Assembly: GCA_964016885.1 (NCBI GenBank)
Contig: OZ024757.1
Span: 23,994,001-24,058,000, forward strand
DNA from: Eledone cirrhosa
Lineage: Eukaryota
Direction: 5' to 3'
Length of the DNA stretch: 64,000 nucleotides
Made by a program: the position numbers and the translations under genes. Under the pieces are notes generated by a model. It saw nothing but the letters and a program-made list of their open reading frames with translations, did not search any database and was not told the DNA's origin. This document shows positions 1 to 19,235 of this stretch, piece after piece. How positions within the stretch are numbered: position 1 is the first letter of the stretch; each line of letters begins with the position of its first letter.

Positions 1-55
1 GACCGTTAAGGTTGTTTTCCATGGGTATGTCGTTATTTATAAAACAAATTTTGTA

Positions 56-115
56 TTTTATCTGATGAAAGCGCTCCAAGATGGCTTGGTCGCCCTTGAA
101 ATATATATAATAAAA
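56..115 (+). ncRNA. Minimal type-I hammerhead ribozyme motif (family C)
   Basis: TTTTAT-CTGATGA-AAGCGCTCCAAG/CTTGGTCGCCCTT-GAAA-T[ATAT]A-TA^-ATAAAA. Confidence 0.75.
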
Positions 116-473
116 TAAATATGGTTTTATAAATATAGTTTCTATTTATTAATATTAATATCTTGGTATATATATATACCGTTCCTCTCCGACTAAAAAC
201 TTTCCCCCTCGGAAAAACCCTCAGTTGATGGAGGCAAAATCCGAAATATAGGGACAATTAAATCTCTTCCAAAGTAACTCTATCTCGTGTTATTATTTTT
301 ACGCTCTTTCCTACGTTACTCTACACACTATACGTCTCATTCTACACTTCCTCTTACATCTCTCTCTTCACCACCGGATTCTGTTACTCGGAGATTTACC
401 CATTTGCATTGTTGAGGCTTCCAAAACGATCAAATTTTTTATTATTCCACAATGCTTCAAGCAAACTTCAATA

Positions 474-565
<92 letters not shown>

Positions 566-735
566 TATATATAAAATATAATATAAGGACGCTTTGTTTA
601 GCCTTCATTACATTTATTGATTGGTGACGCGCGTTTCACTATTGATCAGCTCAAGGATCGATCTGACTCGATTCTGGAATCAAACATCGAGTGTTCACCT
701 GGGTAAACCTACCGTAACTTCACGTTACATTACCT

Positions 736-789
<54 letters not shown>

Positions 790-837
790 TTATTAAAATA
801 ACAGATTAAAGTTTAAGCAAAGAATCGGTGCTTTCAC

Positions 838-901
<64 letters not shown>

Positions 902-1062
902 TATATACTTAATCATTCTACCCTATTGTTTATCCCACTGTGACCGAATTATTGCTCAAATTGATGCGTCGCTAATGTATACATGCATACAAATACATAT
1001 TTGCACAAACACATACACACATATATATGTATATATATATAGATACATGCATATAAATATAT

Positions 1063-1158
<96 letters not shown>

Positions 1159-1304
1159 AAAAGTTAAACAAGGTTCAATGAATACATCAAAGAATGAGTT
1201 TTACAATAGATTGGAAGCTCTCAACAGAAAAAAAGAGGTTTTCCAGAGTTCTCCTACATGGATATAAAGTAGTGGCCGTACTCGAAAACGAGTTGGCAGC
1301 CACC

Positions 1305-1377
<73 letters not shown>

Positions 1378-1639
1378 GCATGCGTGTGTGTGTGTTAATT
1401 CGTAAATATATTAGTCGCTTAGACGGCAGTGTCATGCCGTCCGTGACCTTTCCAATTATGATATCCAATTGTTACCATGACTACTATCTTCACCACCACT
1501 ACCACCCTCACCAACATCACCACCACTACTACTAACACAATCACCACTTTATATATATCTATATATATGTGTATATAGTTTTTATATAGATAAGATTCTA
1601 CAGGACCAGAACTGTTTCATTCTTGAGAAATCATCAGGA

Positions 1640-1699
<60 letters not shown>

Positions 1700-1899
1700 A
1701 AATATATACATTATATATGAATATATATGTATAAATATATACATTATATTTATTGCCTTTCATCCTTACGGGGTCGATAAAATAAAGTACCAGTAATGCA
1801 CTGGGTAATTGCTGGCCTTGTGCCTAAAGTAGAAACAATTATATTTATATGTATGTCGATACGTATATATGTATATATATATGTATGTATGTATGTATA

Positions 1900-1935
<36 letters not shown>

Positions 1936-2005
1936 TGTATGTATGTATGTATGTATGTATGTATGTATGTATATGTATGTATGTATGTATGTATGTGTAT
2001 GTATG

Positions 2006-2039
<34 letters not shown>

Positions 2040-2807
2040 TGTATGTATGTATGTGTGTGTGTGTATATATTACAAACACCGATTATACACCACATGAATA
2101 CATGAATGTAAACAGTGATTGGAATATTAAGGCATTGAGGTATCGCTTGCCGTTCAAACACCTTTCTGGTTAATCGATTTTTAACTATCGATCACCAACC
2201 GGTGTTGTTTACATGAGTACAATGTTTATAATTGTTCATATAAAATACATTAATGTTGGATTTTTTAAATATATATTTTTTTGTCTTTGTTATAAACCTT
2301 TCTTTCACACAAAAACCACACTATACATCCCTGCACTGTCTATATTGTCCTCGCAATGAAAGCCATGCGTAGTTAATAAAGAAACTACTATTATCATTAT
2401 TATTTAAGCATATTATGTAAGGGCGGTGGTTTGGCAGTATCGCTAGAGCGTCAGATACACGCTTTGCAGCATAAAATTACGGCCCTTTACGTTCTGAGTT
2501 CAAATCCCGCCGAGGTTAACTCCGCCTTTCATCCTTATGGGGTCGATAAAATAAAGTACCAGTAATGTACTGGCGTAATTGCTGGCCTTGTCCCCAAAAG
2601 TAGAAACATTATTTAAGCATATGTTCAAATCTCGCCGTGCTTAGCTTTGCCTTTCATTCCTACGGGGTCTATAAAGTACCAGTCACGCACTGGGGTTGAT
2701 TTAATCGACTTTCCCCTCCCACAAAATGGTTGGATTTGTGCCTAAATCAGAAACCATTATTAAAATGTTATACATTATATTTATATGTATGTCGATACGT
2801 ATACATG

Positions 2808-2840
<33 letters not shown>

Positions 2841-3243
2841 GTAACAGAACTTCATAAAAGGTTTTGATATGAAGATTTCTTATTAAAATAGGAACCCTTT
2901 AAAAAGGTGATTATTTCATAGAACTGGGGCAGTTTTGAGGTAGGTTTGGCAACAAAAGGTTTAAGATATCAACATTTATATAGGAGCAGTGGGAACAACA
3001 GCTCTTATAAATAATAATTGTTTCTACATTCGGCACAAGGCCAACAATTTTTGGAGGAAGGGTAAGTCCCTTAAATTGACCCCAGTGCGTTACTGGTGCT
3101 TTATTTGATCGACTCCATCATAAGGATGAAGCTAACCTAGGCGGGATTTGAACTTAGAAAGTTAAATGGCCGTAACTATATGCCGTAAAGCATGTTGTCC
3201 GACGCGCTCCCGATGCTGCCAATCCACCGCCCTAACAGCTCAT

Positions 3244-3278
<35 letters not shown>

Positions 3279-3795
3279 TCTGAGAAGTGGTATGAGCATA
3301 AGCCAGAGTCGGTGATAGAAAACGATCAGGTGAAGGTGCTGTGGGATTTTAGGATACAGACGGACAAGAAACTGGAACACAATAGACCTGACCTGGTTTG
3401 TTTTGGACAAGGAAAAAAGATCGTGCCTGATTGTAGATGTCGCCTGCCCATTTGACACGAGAGTGCAAGAAAAGGAGAGGGAGAAAATTAACCGATACCA
3501 GGACTTAAAGTGGGAGGTAAAAAGGATTTGGAACTGCCATGAAGTCAAAGTGGTCTCGATTGTCACAGGAGCACTAGGTACTATCTCAAAGAGTTTCCAA
3601 GGATGGTTAAAGAAAATTGGTCCCGCCTCGCTCTTTGGAACACTTCAAAAGGCATGCTTGCTGGGAACAGCAAGAACCCTCCGATACGTCCTGAATGTCT
3701 GAGGCTGCAGGTAGCGGCTTGATATTCATTTCAACAAACTTTCCAGTTAAATAACATCAATGACTGAGACTCAAAGAACAATAATAACTATAATA
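3279..3795 (+). mobile_element. R4/Dong-like RLE non-LTR retrotransposon, 3' fragment
   Basis: EKWYEHKPESVIENDQVKVLWDFRIQTDKKLEHNRPDLV / DVACPFD..EKEREKINRYQDL..TGALG (PD-D/ExK); begins in (TAA)n. Confidence 0.85.
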
Positions 3796-3805
3796 GTTAC
3801 TATTT

Positions 3806-3950
3806 CTCTTTGAGTTTCAGTCATTGATGTTATTTAACTGGAAAGTTTGTTCAAACGAACATCAAGCCGCTACCTGGAGTCTCAGATATTCAAGACGTAT
3901 CGGAAGGTTCTTGCCGTTCCCAGCAAGCATGCCTTTTGAAGTGTTCCAAA
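3806..3950 (-). mobile_element. Inverted 3' fragment of the same Dong-like family
   Basis: Diverged reverse complement of 3633-3778. Confidence 0.75.
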
Positions 3951-4075
3951 AAAAGGGGGCTGGACAAATGTTCTTAAACCATATCCCGCCGAGGTTATCT
4001 TTGCTTTTCATCTTTACGGGGTCGATAAAATAATTCACTGTGATAATTGCTGGCCTTGTGCCAAAAATAGAAACA

Positions 4076-4119
<44 letters not shown>

Positions 4120-4123
<4 letters not shown>

Positions 4124-4565
4124 GTTATTATTTTTCAGCAGTTTCGTTTTTATTGTGTACTTTCACTGCAGTTGCGCATATCGTGGGTATGTGCAGTGTT
4201 TTGGTTTGATGTAATCGTTGTTATTGTATTTAAAGTATCCTACGTTTTACATGTGTGCAGTCTCTGGTTGTACTATTTTCTGCATGTTGTATATATTGCT
4301 AAGTCTGGTGATTGACTTATGTATTTGTCTGTCTTATTATTCATTAGCAAGACACTTACTATTATAGGGCTGATGCATTCAAGTAATTTCTATCTCTATA
4401 TCTTTATATTTGAGAATTTCTCCATATCTTTGAGAGATATATTCTCATTTGTTTGGAGTAGTCCGTCGACTAGAAAGGCTTTCCTTTTCTAGTGGTCTTT
4501 AACAACAATATCTGATCAATTAGCCTTGATTCTTCTGTCTCACAATATGATCACTTTGTCATTTT
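4120..4565 (-). mobile_element. Degenerate RLE retrotransposon 3' fragment
   Basis: Minus strand reads DRRIKAN*SDIVVKDH*KRKAFLVD; adjacent (TAA)n tract. Confidence 0.5.
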
Positions 4566-5024
4566 ATGTCTTTTCTGGCGTGTGTATATACCACACCATT
4601 TCTGTTTGCATTTCATAATGCTGGAATAACTTCCGGTATATGTAGAAGTCAACGTCATCATGGGACTTATCTCTTTTTCTCTCTCTCCCTCCCTTTCTCA
4701 CTCTTGTACCCTCTCACTGTGTATATATATATACATGCATGCATACATACATACATGCATATACATATATACGCGTGTATATATATATATAAAGAGAGAT
4801 GTATGTATGTATGTATGTATGTATGTATGTATGTATGTATGTATGTATGTATGTATGTATGTATGTATGTTTGTATGTATATATTCAAAACAGGGGTGGG
4901 GCTTCGTAATATTGAAGTAGGGCAATGTTTCTTTCCATTGGAGGAACCCTCGCTGGATTTTCTACCCACGATTCTAACTGGTATTAGGTTTTGTGTTTGT
5001 GGAACCATAGAACATAACTCTAGC

Positions 5025-5198
<174 letters not shown>

Positions 5199-5853
5199 CA
5201 TTTGCTGTAATTATCAACCCTCAGACCACTGGGTCAACAACAGGTTTAACACACCACTATCAGAAAATACTTCCAGATTAGGAACCAACGATGGAGCCTC
5301 TACGTGGTGCTACTGATTGCTAGAAAGTGTTGCAGAAACCCCCCTCTGAAATTACTCCATATTGTCTTAAAAAGGAATGACGTGCTGGAAGTACTTAATG
5401 TCTTAAATAGGGGAAACAACCGAAATGTAGACACTAGGGACACATCTTAGCCCTTTTGATATCAACCTGGCCCAAACCGCTCCTGGTTATATAAAAGAAA
5501 ACTACCCATTTCAAACAATTCATATATAAATTTAATATCTTCCAGCATGATATTATACAAGTTATATTAGGAATGAAATAATTATTCATTTGAGTAAATC
5601 TTCAAAATTCTGCATCAATTAATTGAAAGCGGGTATATTTCATTATAAATACGGTAACGAAAGGGTTAAGACTCTTCAGAAGGGATCACCAAAATTTGAC
5701 GCTGGGATGTATCTTTAGATACGTCTCTAGCGTCAGAAGGGATCACAAAAATGCGACCCGAAAACTACTTTTCTATGGCCCGCGGCAGATCAATTTTCAT
5801 GACTAATATTTTCCTAAAATTTGACAATTTGTCCACCGCCCTTCCATACCTTT

Positions 5854-5890
<37 letters not shown>

Positions 5891-7266
5891 TATTAAACGT
5901 TAATCAGCTGTATTGCTGATGAGCATTGTAACTGTATGAAATCACACCACCCTCCCCATCTCCCTCATTTCACGTTTGGCCCGCTGTGCGTTTCCTCCAG
6001 GGCGTAATGGCCCTTTTGAGTCCTTGAATCTCAGACTCCAGCTCTACTGATATAAATGTCATATCTGTCGGAATCACAGCTACAAATTCTAGAAAGTCTA
6101 GGACATTAAGGTAAAAGGGGTTCGCTCTCGAGGGCGGAAGAAGCAATCTTTGGCAGACGAGAATGTAGGAGGAGAAATTGGAAGAGTAGAAGGGCTTACA
6201 GCAGACATTTTATAGTTTAGGACCAGTTCAGAAGAGATACAGAAGATACAGAAGGCTACAGAAGAACATACAGAAGGATGGTTCACTCTGTCGATGGCTC
6301 ATGGTTACCAGTGTGTTCGTGAATAAAGGTTTCACCAAACACTCAGATGACCTTTTTAACATGGATAGTGGCTTAGTGGTAAGGCTATTGGACTTACGAT
6401 CATAACATCGTAGGTTCGATTCCTGGTCTGGGTTTTGTGTCGTGTTCTGGAGCAAAACACTTCATTTCACGTTGCCCCAGTATACTCAGCTGAAAATGAG
6501 TACCAGTGATGGCTGGGAGGTTTAACCCTGCTGTGAACTGGTGTTCTGTCCAGTGGGTAGCCTTGTACTCTCAGTCGCTTAACGCCGCGAACACAGAGAT
6601 AAGCAGAGGTCTCACGACATAGAAAGTTTGGTTGTCTTATTGCCACCTCATCCCACAAATGGGGATCAGAATTGTAATGTAGGTCATATTTGGGACTTAG
6701 AAGGATTATAAAAGGTCACATGACTAATTCGAAATAATATTTCCTCTTCAGTAAACAAAAACCAAAACAAAAAACGGCCTCATATTTCCCAGCTCCATTA
6801 TAGCTATTGTAGAAACCCGAATTGAGTTCCGTCAGTTTCCACGATCAGTGTTACATTTGTTTGATCAATGGAACAGCTTTCTCATGAAGTTAACGTGTAT
6901 GTGATTGAGCATTCCACAGACACTTGTACCCTAACGAAATTCTCAGGGAGATTCAACCTGACACAGTGTGTGACAAAACTGTGCCCTTTGAATAATTACA
7001 AGTACAATAGTCCATTGGACGTGCTTCCAAACAGTTTCCGTCGACCCAATTTCACTCACCTAGGGGATTAAAAAACCCTAAAGATCATGAATACATATGG
7101 GGCGAGAGAGAAAATGGTTTGGGGGTTTCTGGAATGACCCTTTTCGTCTGAGAGAAACGAATAAATTTCCAATGTTTTTTTTTTGTTTTGTTTTGTTTTG
7201 TTTTACTGGATTAAAGATAAGAAGAATAGGTTAGAATGTTAAAAATATTTAAGGATTCCTACTTAC

Positions 7267-7724
7267 TGAGCTCGTAAGTCATCCAGCTCGTCTTCCAAAG
7301 TCCCAATACGGGCCTTAAGGTTGCCATTTTCATTGTTGGAGTCATCCAGAAGTTTCTTGGTTTCATCAATCTCGGCTTGGTACATCGCTTTAATCGGCTC
7401 GATGTTAAAATCCCGTTTGCTTTTTTTCAAAGCCTCCCGTAGGGTTTTGTTCTCCGCCTCGAGAAAACGTACCTTTTCGATGTAATTGGCAAACCTTTCG
7501 TTCAAATCTTGCAACTCTTTTTTCTCTTTCTCTCTGTTACATCTAATGTCAGTGACACCTTTGTGAGAAATCGAACTCGCAACTCCAGTCCCTAAACTCA
7601 ACGGGGATTGAACTCCTACCGTATTATACATACGTGCTTTACGAAAGATCACGGAACTCCTTTCCGGAATACTCGAACTTGATTTTCGATACATTGTCTT
7701 CATTGATGAATTATTACTATTCAT
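7267..7724 (-). CDS. Cytoplasmic intermediate filament protein, first coding exon (head, coil 1A, start of coil 1B)
   Basis: ORF MNSNN...EKKELQDLNERFANYIEKVRFLEAENK (IF coil-1A consensus); ends GCT CA|gtaagt, phase 2; 458 nt. Confidence 0.93.
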
Positions 7725-8384
7725 GGTTGCGGGTTTTGTTTGTAAAATGTTGTTGTTGTGGGTTGTGTTTATAGTGTTGTTGTTGTTGTTGTTGTCGTTG
7801 TTGCCGCTTTTCTATAAGCGAGGCCAAAAAATCTCCTTTTTTTGCGCTAAAAGACTAAGCAACTCTAAAAACTAAGAAATCCTAGCCAGGAGATCGATGG
7901 TGAAAAAAAGCATCAACCGCCGCTTGATTTGTGCCAACTGCGCAGACCTGTCTGTTTCCAAGCTATTATATGGTTTAAAGACGGGTGTGAGTGTGAGGAG
8001 AGAGAGAGATAGAGATAGAGAGAAAGAGAGAGGGAGTGTAGATAGAAGGTAATTGAAAATGAAGGTAATTGACAGGGGGTGAGGTATGAGGCGTGAGGCA
8101 TGTAGGGGGCGGCGTGGAAAATGGATCGATCGATGAGTGAAATGCAATTATGATAAATCGGCTCGAAATTTCCTCTTCCTCTTTTTCTCCCTCTTTTTCT
8201 CCCTCTTTCTCTTTCTCTCTGTCTTCCTCCTTCGCTCTCTCTTTCATTTACACGCTCCTCTCATATCATTATTACCTCCTCCCTCCCTCTCACTCACCAT
8301 TTCTCTCTCTATCACCCTTTTGTTATCTCCCTTCACCAATTCTCTCTCTCTTTCTCTCTTTTACCACCGACTTTCTGTCTCTCC

Positions 8385-8440
<56 letters not shown>

Positions 8441-8476
8441 TTCTCCACCGACTTTCTGTCTCTCCCACTCTCTTTA

Positions 8477-8535
<59 letters not shown>

Positions 8536-8549
8536 TTCTCCACCGACTT

Positions 8550-8640
<91 letters not shown>

Positions 8641-8702
8641 CTATCTTTCTCCACCGACTTTCTGTCTCTCCCACTCTCTTTATCTCTGTCTTTCTCTCTC
8701 TC

Positions 8703-8741
<39 letters not shown>

Positions 8742-8946
8742 TTCTCCACCAACTTTCTGTCTCTCCCACTCTCTTTATCTCTCTCTTTCTCTCGCTGCCT
8801 TTATCTACCAACATTCTCCCCCCTCTCTCTATCTCCAGCTTTCTATTTCCTTCTCTCTCTCACACACAATATTTCCCTATCTCTCTAACTCAGACTTTCA
8901 CCAAGTCTTCCACTAGCTCATTAATCACAGCCTCTCTCTCCCTCTC

Positions 8947-8986
<40 letters not shown>

Positions 8987-9086
8987 AACACACTTGTCAT
9001 TTATCACTCTCTCTCCTTATATATATATATATATATATATGCACACACACACACAAACACTCTTGTCGTTTATCACTCTCTCTCCT

Positions 9087-9136
<50 letters not shown>

Positions 9137-9879
9137 AACACTCTTGTCGTTTATCACTCTTTCCTTCTCCTCCCTCTTACCCCCACCCTGTCCCACCACC
9201 ACCACCACAACGTCAGGTAATATCCACGATACCCTTTACTCACCTGTGTCCGAGGTACTTAATCACCCTCAGGTATGTCATGATGGAAATAGACCCACTG
9301 TCAAATACTTTCTAGTTGTCCATCCGTTTTTGTTCGGTGCATATAGAAATACCTGTATACGTACGTGTGTTCAGTTATCCATACACATATACGCATATAC
9401 ATATATATATATATAGACACATACACATATACATACGCATATACATATATAGACACATACACATATACATACGCATATACATATATAGACACATACACAT
9501 ATACATACGCATATACATATATAGACACTTACACATATACATACGCATATACATATATAGACACATACACACATACATACGCATATACATATATAGACAC
9601 TTACACATATACATACGCATATACATATATAGACACTTACACATATACATACGCATATACATATATAGACAGATATATATATATATATATACATACGCAT
9701 ATACATATATAGACACATATACATACGCGTATACATATATAGACACATATACATACGCATATACATATATAGATACATATACATACGCATTCGAGTATAC
9801 ATGCATATATATATATTCACACATACACAAACACGTTCAACTATCTGTCTATTACACATCCACACGCAGCTATCACATA

Positions 9880-13016
<3,137 letters not shown>

Positions 13017-13043
13017 TATGTAATAAACAACATAAGGCAATTA

Positions 13044-13102
13044 TTCCATTTACCAGTGGTTTCTTAAAAGTAAAAAATTTTGCTTTCAATCATCAGAATG
13101 AA
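13044..13102 (-). ncRNA. Hammerhead ribozyme in PLE pLTR (distal copy)
   Basis: TTCATT-CTGATGA-TTGAAAG.../...CTTTTAA-GAAA-CC[ACT]GG-TA^-AATGGA; predicted cut between 13051 and 13050. Confidence 0.75.
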
Positions 13103-13458
13103 AAAATCCTGGTCTATTTATTAAAATTGGACTCTAAAAACAAAAATACAATCTATATGAAAGTGAGGCTGGAGAAGGAAGAAGGAAAGGAAAAATAAAA
13201 TAATAAAATAAAAAAAATAAAAACACATGCAAACATACACACACACAATTATATACATACACACACACACATATATATATATATATACATACACTCATAC
13301 ATACACACACACATATACACATATATGTGTGTATATATATACACACACATACACATACATATACACATACATACATACACGCGTAAGTATCAACATATCC
13401 ATACATACACATACATATATACAACCACACACACACATATACACACATATATATATAG

Positions 13459-13534
<76 letters not shown>

Positions 13535-13962
13535 ACACATACACATACATAGCCATACATACATACATACATGCACACAATCATACCTATATACACACGT
13601 ACATACATACACATACATAAATGTGTACATATGCATGCACAAAAGTAGAAAAATATACACACACCTCTGCATATTCACACACGCAAATAAATATAAGAAA
13701 AAATATATATAAAATAATAAACGAAAATAAAGACTGTTATAAGTTGACACAGATACAGGCAACAAATAAATGAACAAACACACGTGGTAAGCAATACACA
13801 CAAATACACGTACACATACATACGTAAAAATAAATACATACACACACCCTCACACAAAAATATACATATACAAATACATAAACACATACATACGCATATA
13901 CAAATACACACACACACACACACATATACACATATACACACACATATACATACATATATATA

Positions 13963-14010
<48 letters not shown>

Positions 14011-14113
14011 CACATACATATATACATATATATATATACACACACATACATACATAGCCATACAATTATACACATACAAATACGTACATATCACAAACAC
14101 GCACAACCAAATA

Positions 14114-14254
<141 letters not shown>

Positions 14255-14357
14255 AAAACTCAATCTTAGATAATTCATATGAACCTTATTTAACTCTAAA
14301 ATATACATATATATATAATATATATATAGTCATGTAATAAACAACATAAGGCAATTA

Positions 14358-14415
14358 TTCCATTTACCAGTGATTTCTTAAAAGCAAAAAATGTTGCCTT
14401 CAATCATCAGAATGT
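14358..14415 (-). ncRNA. Hammerhead ribozyme in PLE pLTR (proximal copy)
   Basis: CATT-CTGATGA-TTGAAGGCAA/TTGCTTTTAA-GAAA-TC[ACT]GG-TA^-AATG; predicted cut between 14365 and 14364. Confidence 0.72.
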
Positions 14416-14652
14416 AAAAAATCCTGGTCTATCCATATATATACATATACACACACATATATATATATATATACACATACACATACATTTTGGTATATGA
14501 AGGGTAAGGCAAAAACATTTTTAGGAGGGGAAAAAGACATAGGAAAAGGTTAAATATAAGGGGAGATAAGGGAAAAAGAGAATACAAGAGTACAGAACGT
14601 GGATTCAGCAGGTAAAAAAAACCGTAGTAGAAGTAAAGAACAGAGAAGGAGT

Positions 14653-15758
14653 TCAAGGCGGTTGAGTTATCACAGGAATGTCAATCCAGTTACAGATCAG
14701 ATGTGATTTCAGATGAGGACAACATCTAAAGATCTCGGTCTTTGAATTCAGGCAAGCAGAAGTGGCTCTCAAGTTTAACAAAATCCTATATTTTTCTGTG
14801 GTACACAAAGAACAATTCTTTGTACCCCTTTGGTACTCCCTCGAATGGTCTAAAATAGACCAATCGATAGAGTACGGGATGTTATTATCCTTGAATTCCC
14901 ACACCTTCCTTGCGAGGGCCGTTGTTGTTCGTTTATCGGAGTGCTTAAAAGAAGCGACATGTGAGTAAAATCTGGTTTTAAACCTGTCCTGGGTCATGCC
15001 GACATATCGCTCACTCCTAGCTGGCTGGTTGTTTATTAACGGTGTTATTTTAGCCTCATAAACAGATTTGGTGTTACATTTGCCCTGCAATGGCATTCAT
15101 CCGGCTTCCTGCAACTGCATCCTGGATTTGTTCTCGTATGATTTGAACTAGTGATCTTGGACTTCATAGATGGGCAATAAGAGTAACTGATCTTAACTAC
15201 GTTCCTATTAAATATTTTATAATATCTATGATTAGGAGGAAAATGTTTATCTAAGAGTTCAAGGAATTTCCTTCCTACATTAGTTTTGACAGTTAGAGAG
15301 AAGGTGGGTGTGAACGAAATAATTTTCCCTTTCCTGTTATTGTAGTTAGTTTTAGGGGGGGGGGGGGGGGGAGTAGGTAGATAAAAAAATTTTTAATGTA
15401 AAACCGCTGTTCTTAAGGGCTTTATTATAATAAGGGGCGGCTTTATTAAAAATGTCTATAGACGAAGATAATGTAGAAATCCTACGGCTAATGTTAGGAA
15501 TAAGGTTATTAAAAACTATAGGGGATGGCAAGACTCTTTGTGTATATACCTAAGATTTTCATTAGGTTTATGATAAGGTTTAAAAGAGGCGGTAAGTAGA
15601 TCAAGATTAATATCAAGAAAGTTAGCATTGGTTAGGTTCGTATCTAAAGTGATTTTAAGCTTAAGATTAGAAAAATTATTGATTAAGTCTTTACGGAATT
15701 TATCAAGGTTATGGCCGTTGGTGGTATGAGAAACTGCCAATCCGTCATCACGGTGCAT
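14653..15758 (-). pseudogene. Penelope-like RT thumb, linker and C-terminal GIY-YIG endonuclease, frameshifted
   Basis: HRDDGL...NFLDINLDL...YHKPN..LRYIHKESCHP; KTNVGRKFLELLDKHFPP...KIFNRNVVKISYS; CSC..CPLQGKC..VYEAKI...YVGMT..FKTRFYSH...CSLCTTEK...CCPH. Confidence 0.88.
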
Positions 15759-16230
15759 TTATGTGTATGCTTACCACGTGTGTTTGTTCATTTATTCGTT
15801 GCCTGTATCGCTGTCAACTTCATAATAGTTTTTATTATTTTATTTTTTATATATATTTTTTCTAATATTTATTTGCGTGTGTGAATATGTAGAGGTGTGT
15901 GTATATTTTTTAATTTTGTACATGCATATGTATGCATTTATGTATGTGTATGTATGTACGTGTGTATATAGGTATGATTATGTGTATGTATGTATGTATG
16001 TATGTATATGTATGTGTGTATGGCTATGTAAGTGTATGTGTATGCATATATATATATATATATATTTATATTTCTCTATATATATGTGTGTATATATGTG
16101 TGTGTGGTTGTATATATGTATGTGTATGTATGGATGTGTTGATATTTATGTGTGTATGTATGTATGTGTATGTGTGTATATATATATATACACATATATA
16201 TGTGTATATGTGTGTGTGTATGTATGAGTG

Positions 16231-16265
<35 letters not shown>

Positions 16266-16268
<3 letters not shown>

Positions 16269-16686
16269 GGAGGTGAGTTTTATTGTAGTACAATAAAGCA
16301 ATGCAGATATCGGATAAGAAGCACTCTACAGTTTGTGGGACTGGAGTATGCATAATAAGATCAAAAGATGGTTAAAGGAGTTCAATATATTTTATTATGC
16401 GCATTTCAAAAACAAACATCATCAAACAATAATATTTGTGTTTTCATCAGATAAAACAGGAGAACATGATATGAAGGCTAAAAAAAACACTTGTTGATAG
16501 TGCAGTTTTAAATCAACATATCATATGTTGATTTAAAACTGCACTATCAACAAGTGTTTTTTTTAGCCTTCATATCATGTTCTCCTGTTTTATCTGATGA
16601 AAACACAAATATTATTGTTTGATGATGTTTGTTTTTGAAATGCGCATAATAAAATATATTGAACTCCTTTAACCATCTTTTGATCT

Positions 16687-16689
<3 letters not shown>
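16266..16689. mobile_element. HHR-bearing palindromic element family A (167-bp arms centred at 16522 plus ~90-bp tail)
   Basis: Near-perfect inverted repeat 16355-16689; HHR on + at 16588-16654 and on - at 16390-16456: TTTTAT-CTGATGA-stemII-GAAA-T[GCGC]A-TA^-ATAAAA; within (TA)n. Confidence 0.85.
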
Positions 16690-16727
<38 letters not shown>

Positions 16728-16880
16728 GTGTGTGTATGTATACATTTGTGTGTGTGTGTGTGTGTTTGCATGTGTGTTTTTATTTTATTTTTCCTTTCCT
16801 CCTTCCTTCTCCAGCCTCACTTTCATATAGATTGCATTTTTATTTTTAAAATCCAATATCAATAAACAGACCAGGATTTT

Positions 16881-16939
16881 TTCATTCTGATGATTGAAAG
16901 CAAAATCTTTTGCTTTTAAGAAACCACTGGTAAATGGAA
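16881..16939 (+). ncRNA. Hammerhead ribozyme in inverted pLTR copy
   Basis: TTCATT-CTGATGA-TTGAAAGCAAAA/TTTTGCTTTTAA-GAAA-CC[ACT]GG-TA^-AATGGA. Confidence 0.78.
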
Positions 16940-17501
16940 TAATTGCCTTATGTTGTTTATTACATAACTATATATATATTATATATATAATATATATATA
17001 TATATTATATATATATTATATATATAATATATATAATATATATATATATATTGTATATATATTATATATATATATATTATATATATATTATATATATATA
17101 TAATATATATATATTATATATATATAATATATATATATAATATTTATAATATATATATAATATATATATATATATTTATAATATATATATAATATATATA
17201 TATTATATATATATTATATATATATTATATATATATTATATATATATATATTATATATATATTATATATATATTATATATATATATATTATATATATATT
17301 ATATATATATTATATATATATATTATATATATATATATTATATATATATATATATTATATATATATATATTATATATATATATATATTATATATATATTA
17401 TATATATATATTATATATATATTATATATATATATTATATATATATTATATATATGTATTATATATATTATATATATATTATATATATATTATATATATA
17501 T

Positions 17502-17534
<33 letters not shown>

Positions 17535-17623
17535 ATATATATATTATATATATATATTATATATATATTATATATATGTATTATATATATTATATATATA
17601 TTATATATAAATTATATATATAT

Positions 17624-17654
<31 letters not shown>

Positions 17655-17800
17655 ATATATATATATTATATATATTATATATTATATATATATATATATT
17701 ATATATATATATTATATATATGATATATATATAATATATGTATATAATATATATATATATATTATATATATAATATATATATAATATATGTATATAATAT

Positions 17801-17860
<60 letters not shown>

Positions 17861-17884
17861 TATATATATATATATTATATATAT

Positions 17885-17931
<47 letters not shown>

Positions 17932-19108
17932 ATATATATATTATATATTATATATATATATATTATATATATAATATATATATAATATATATATAATAAA
18001 TATATAATATATATATATATAATATATATAATATATATATAATATAATATATATATATATATATATACACATTATATATATATTATATATATATTATATA
18101 TATATTATATATATATATATTTTATATATATATATTATATATATATATTATATATATATATACACATTATATATATATTATATATATATTATATATATAT
18201 TATATATATATTATATATATATATATTTTATATATATATATTATATATATATATTATATATATATATTATATATATATCATATATATATTATATATATAT
18301 ATTATATATATATATTATATATATAATATATATTATATATATATATTATATATATTATATATATATATATATTATATATATATATTATATATATATATTA
18401 TATATATATATTATATATATATTATATATATATTATATATATATATATTATATATATATATTATATATATAATATATATATATATTATATATATATTATA
18501 TATATAGAATATATATTATATATATAATATATATATATATATTATATATATATTATATATATAGAATATATATTATATATATATTATTATATATAATATA
18601 TATATATATATTATATATTATATATATATTATATATATATCATATATGTATTATATATATATTATATATATATTATATATATTATATATATATATATATA
18701 TTATATATATATATAATATATATATATATTATATATATATATATATTATATATATATAATATATATATATTATATATATATATATATATTATATATATAT
18801 AATATATATTATATATATATATTATATATATATAATATATTTTATATATATATATATATTATATATATATATACATAAAATTGTTCCCTTCGGCATCTAT
18901 AGGCTATGCGGTTTGCATTATTACAAATCTATATTTGCCTATTATTTATTAGCAACAACTGTGGTCTAATTAAAAAATAGTTACCTAGCAACCCCACCTC
19001 CCACTACTTTCTCACCTTTCTCTCTCTGTCTCCCTGTCTTTCTTTCTCTCTCTGTCTCCCTCTCTTTCTTTCTCTCTCTCTCTTCTCTCTCTTTCTATCT
19101 TTCTCCCA

Positions 19109-19235
<127 letters not shown>

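Noticed and set aside
618-660. HHR-like motif on - (ctgatca..gaaacgcgcgtc)
   Set aside because: Core G8 mutated, no stem II, weak stem I; at best a decayed relic
1595-1642. HHR-like motif on - (ctgatga-tttc/gaat-gaaac..gtc)
   Set aside because: Core present but stem I does not close next to the cleavage triplet
7960-7980. TATA box for the lone exon 1
   Set aside because: Only a TATAAT-like word in AT-rich DNA; no TSS evidence
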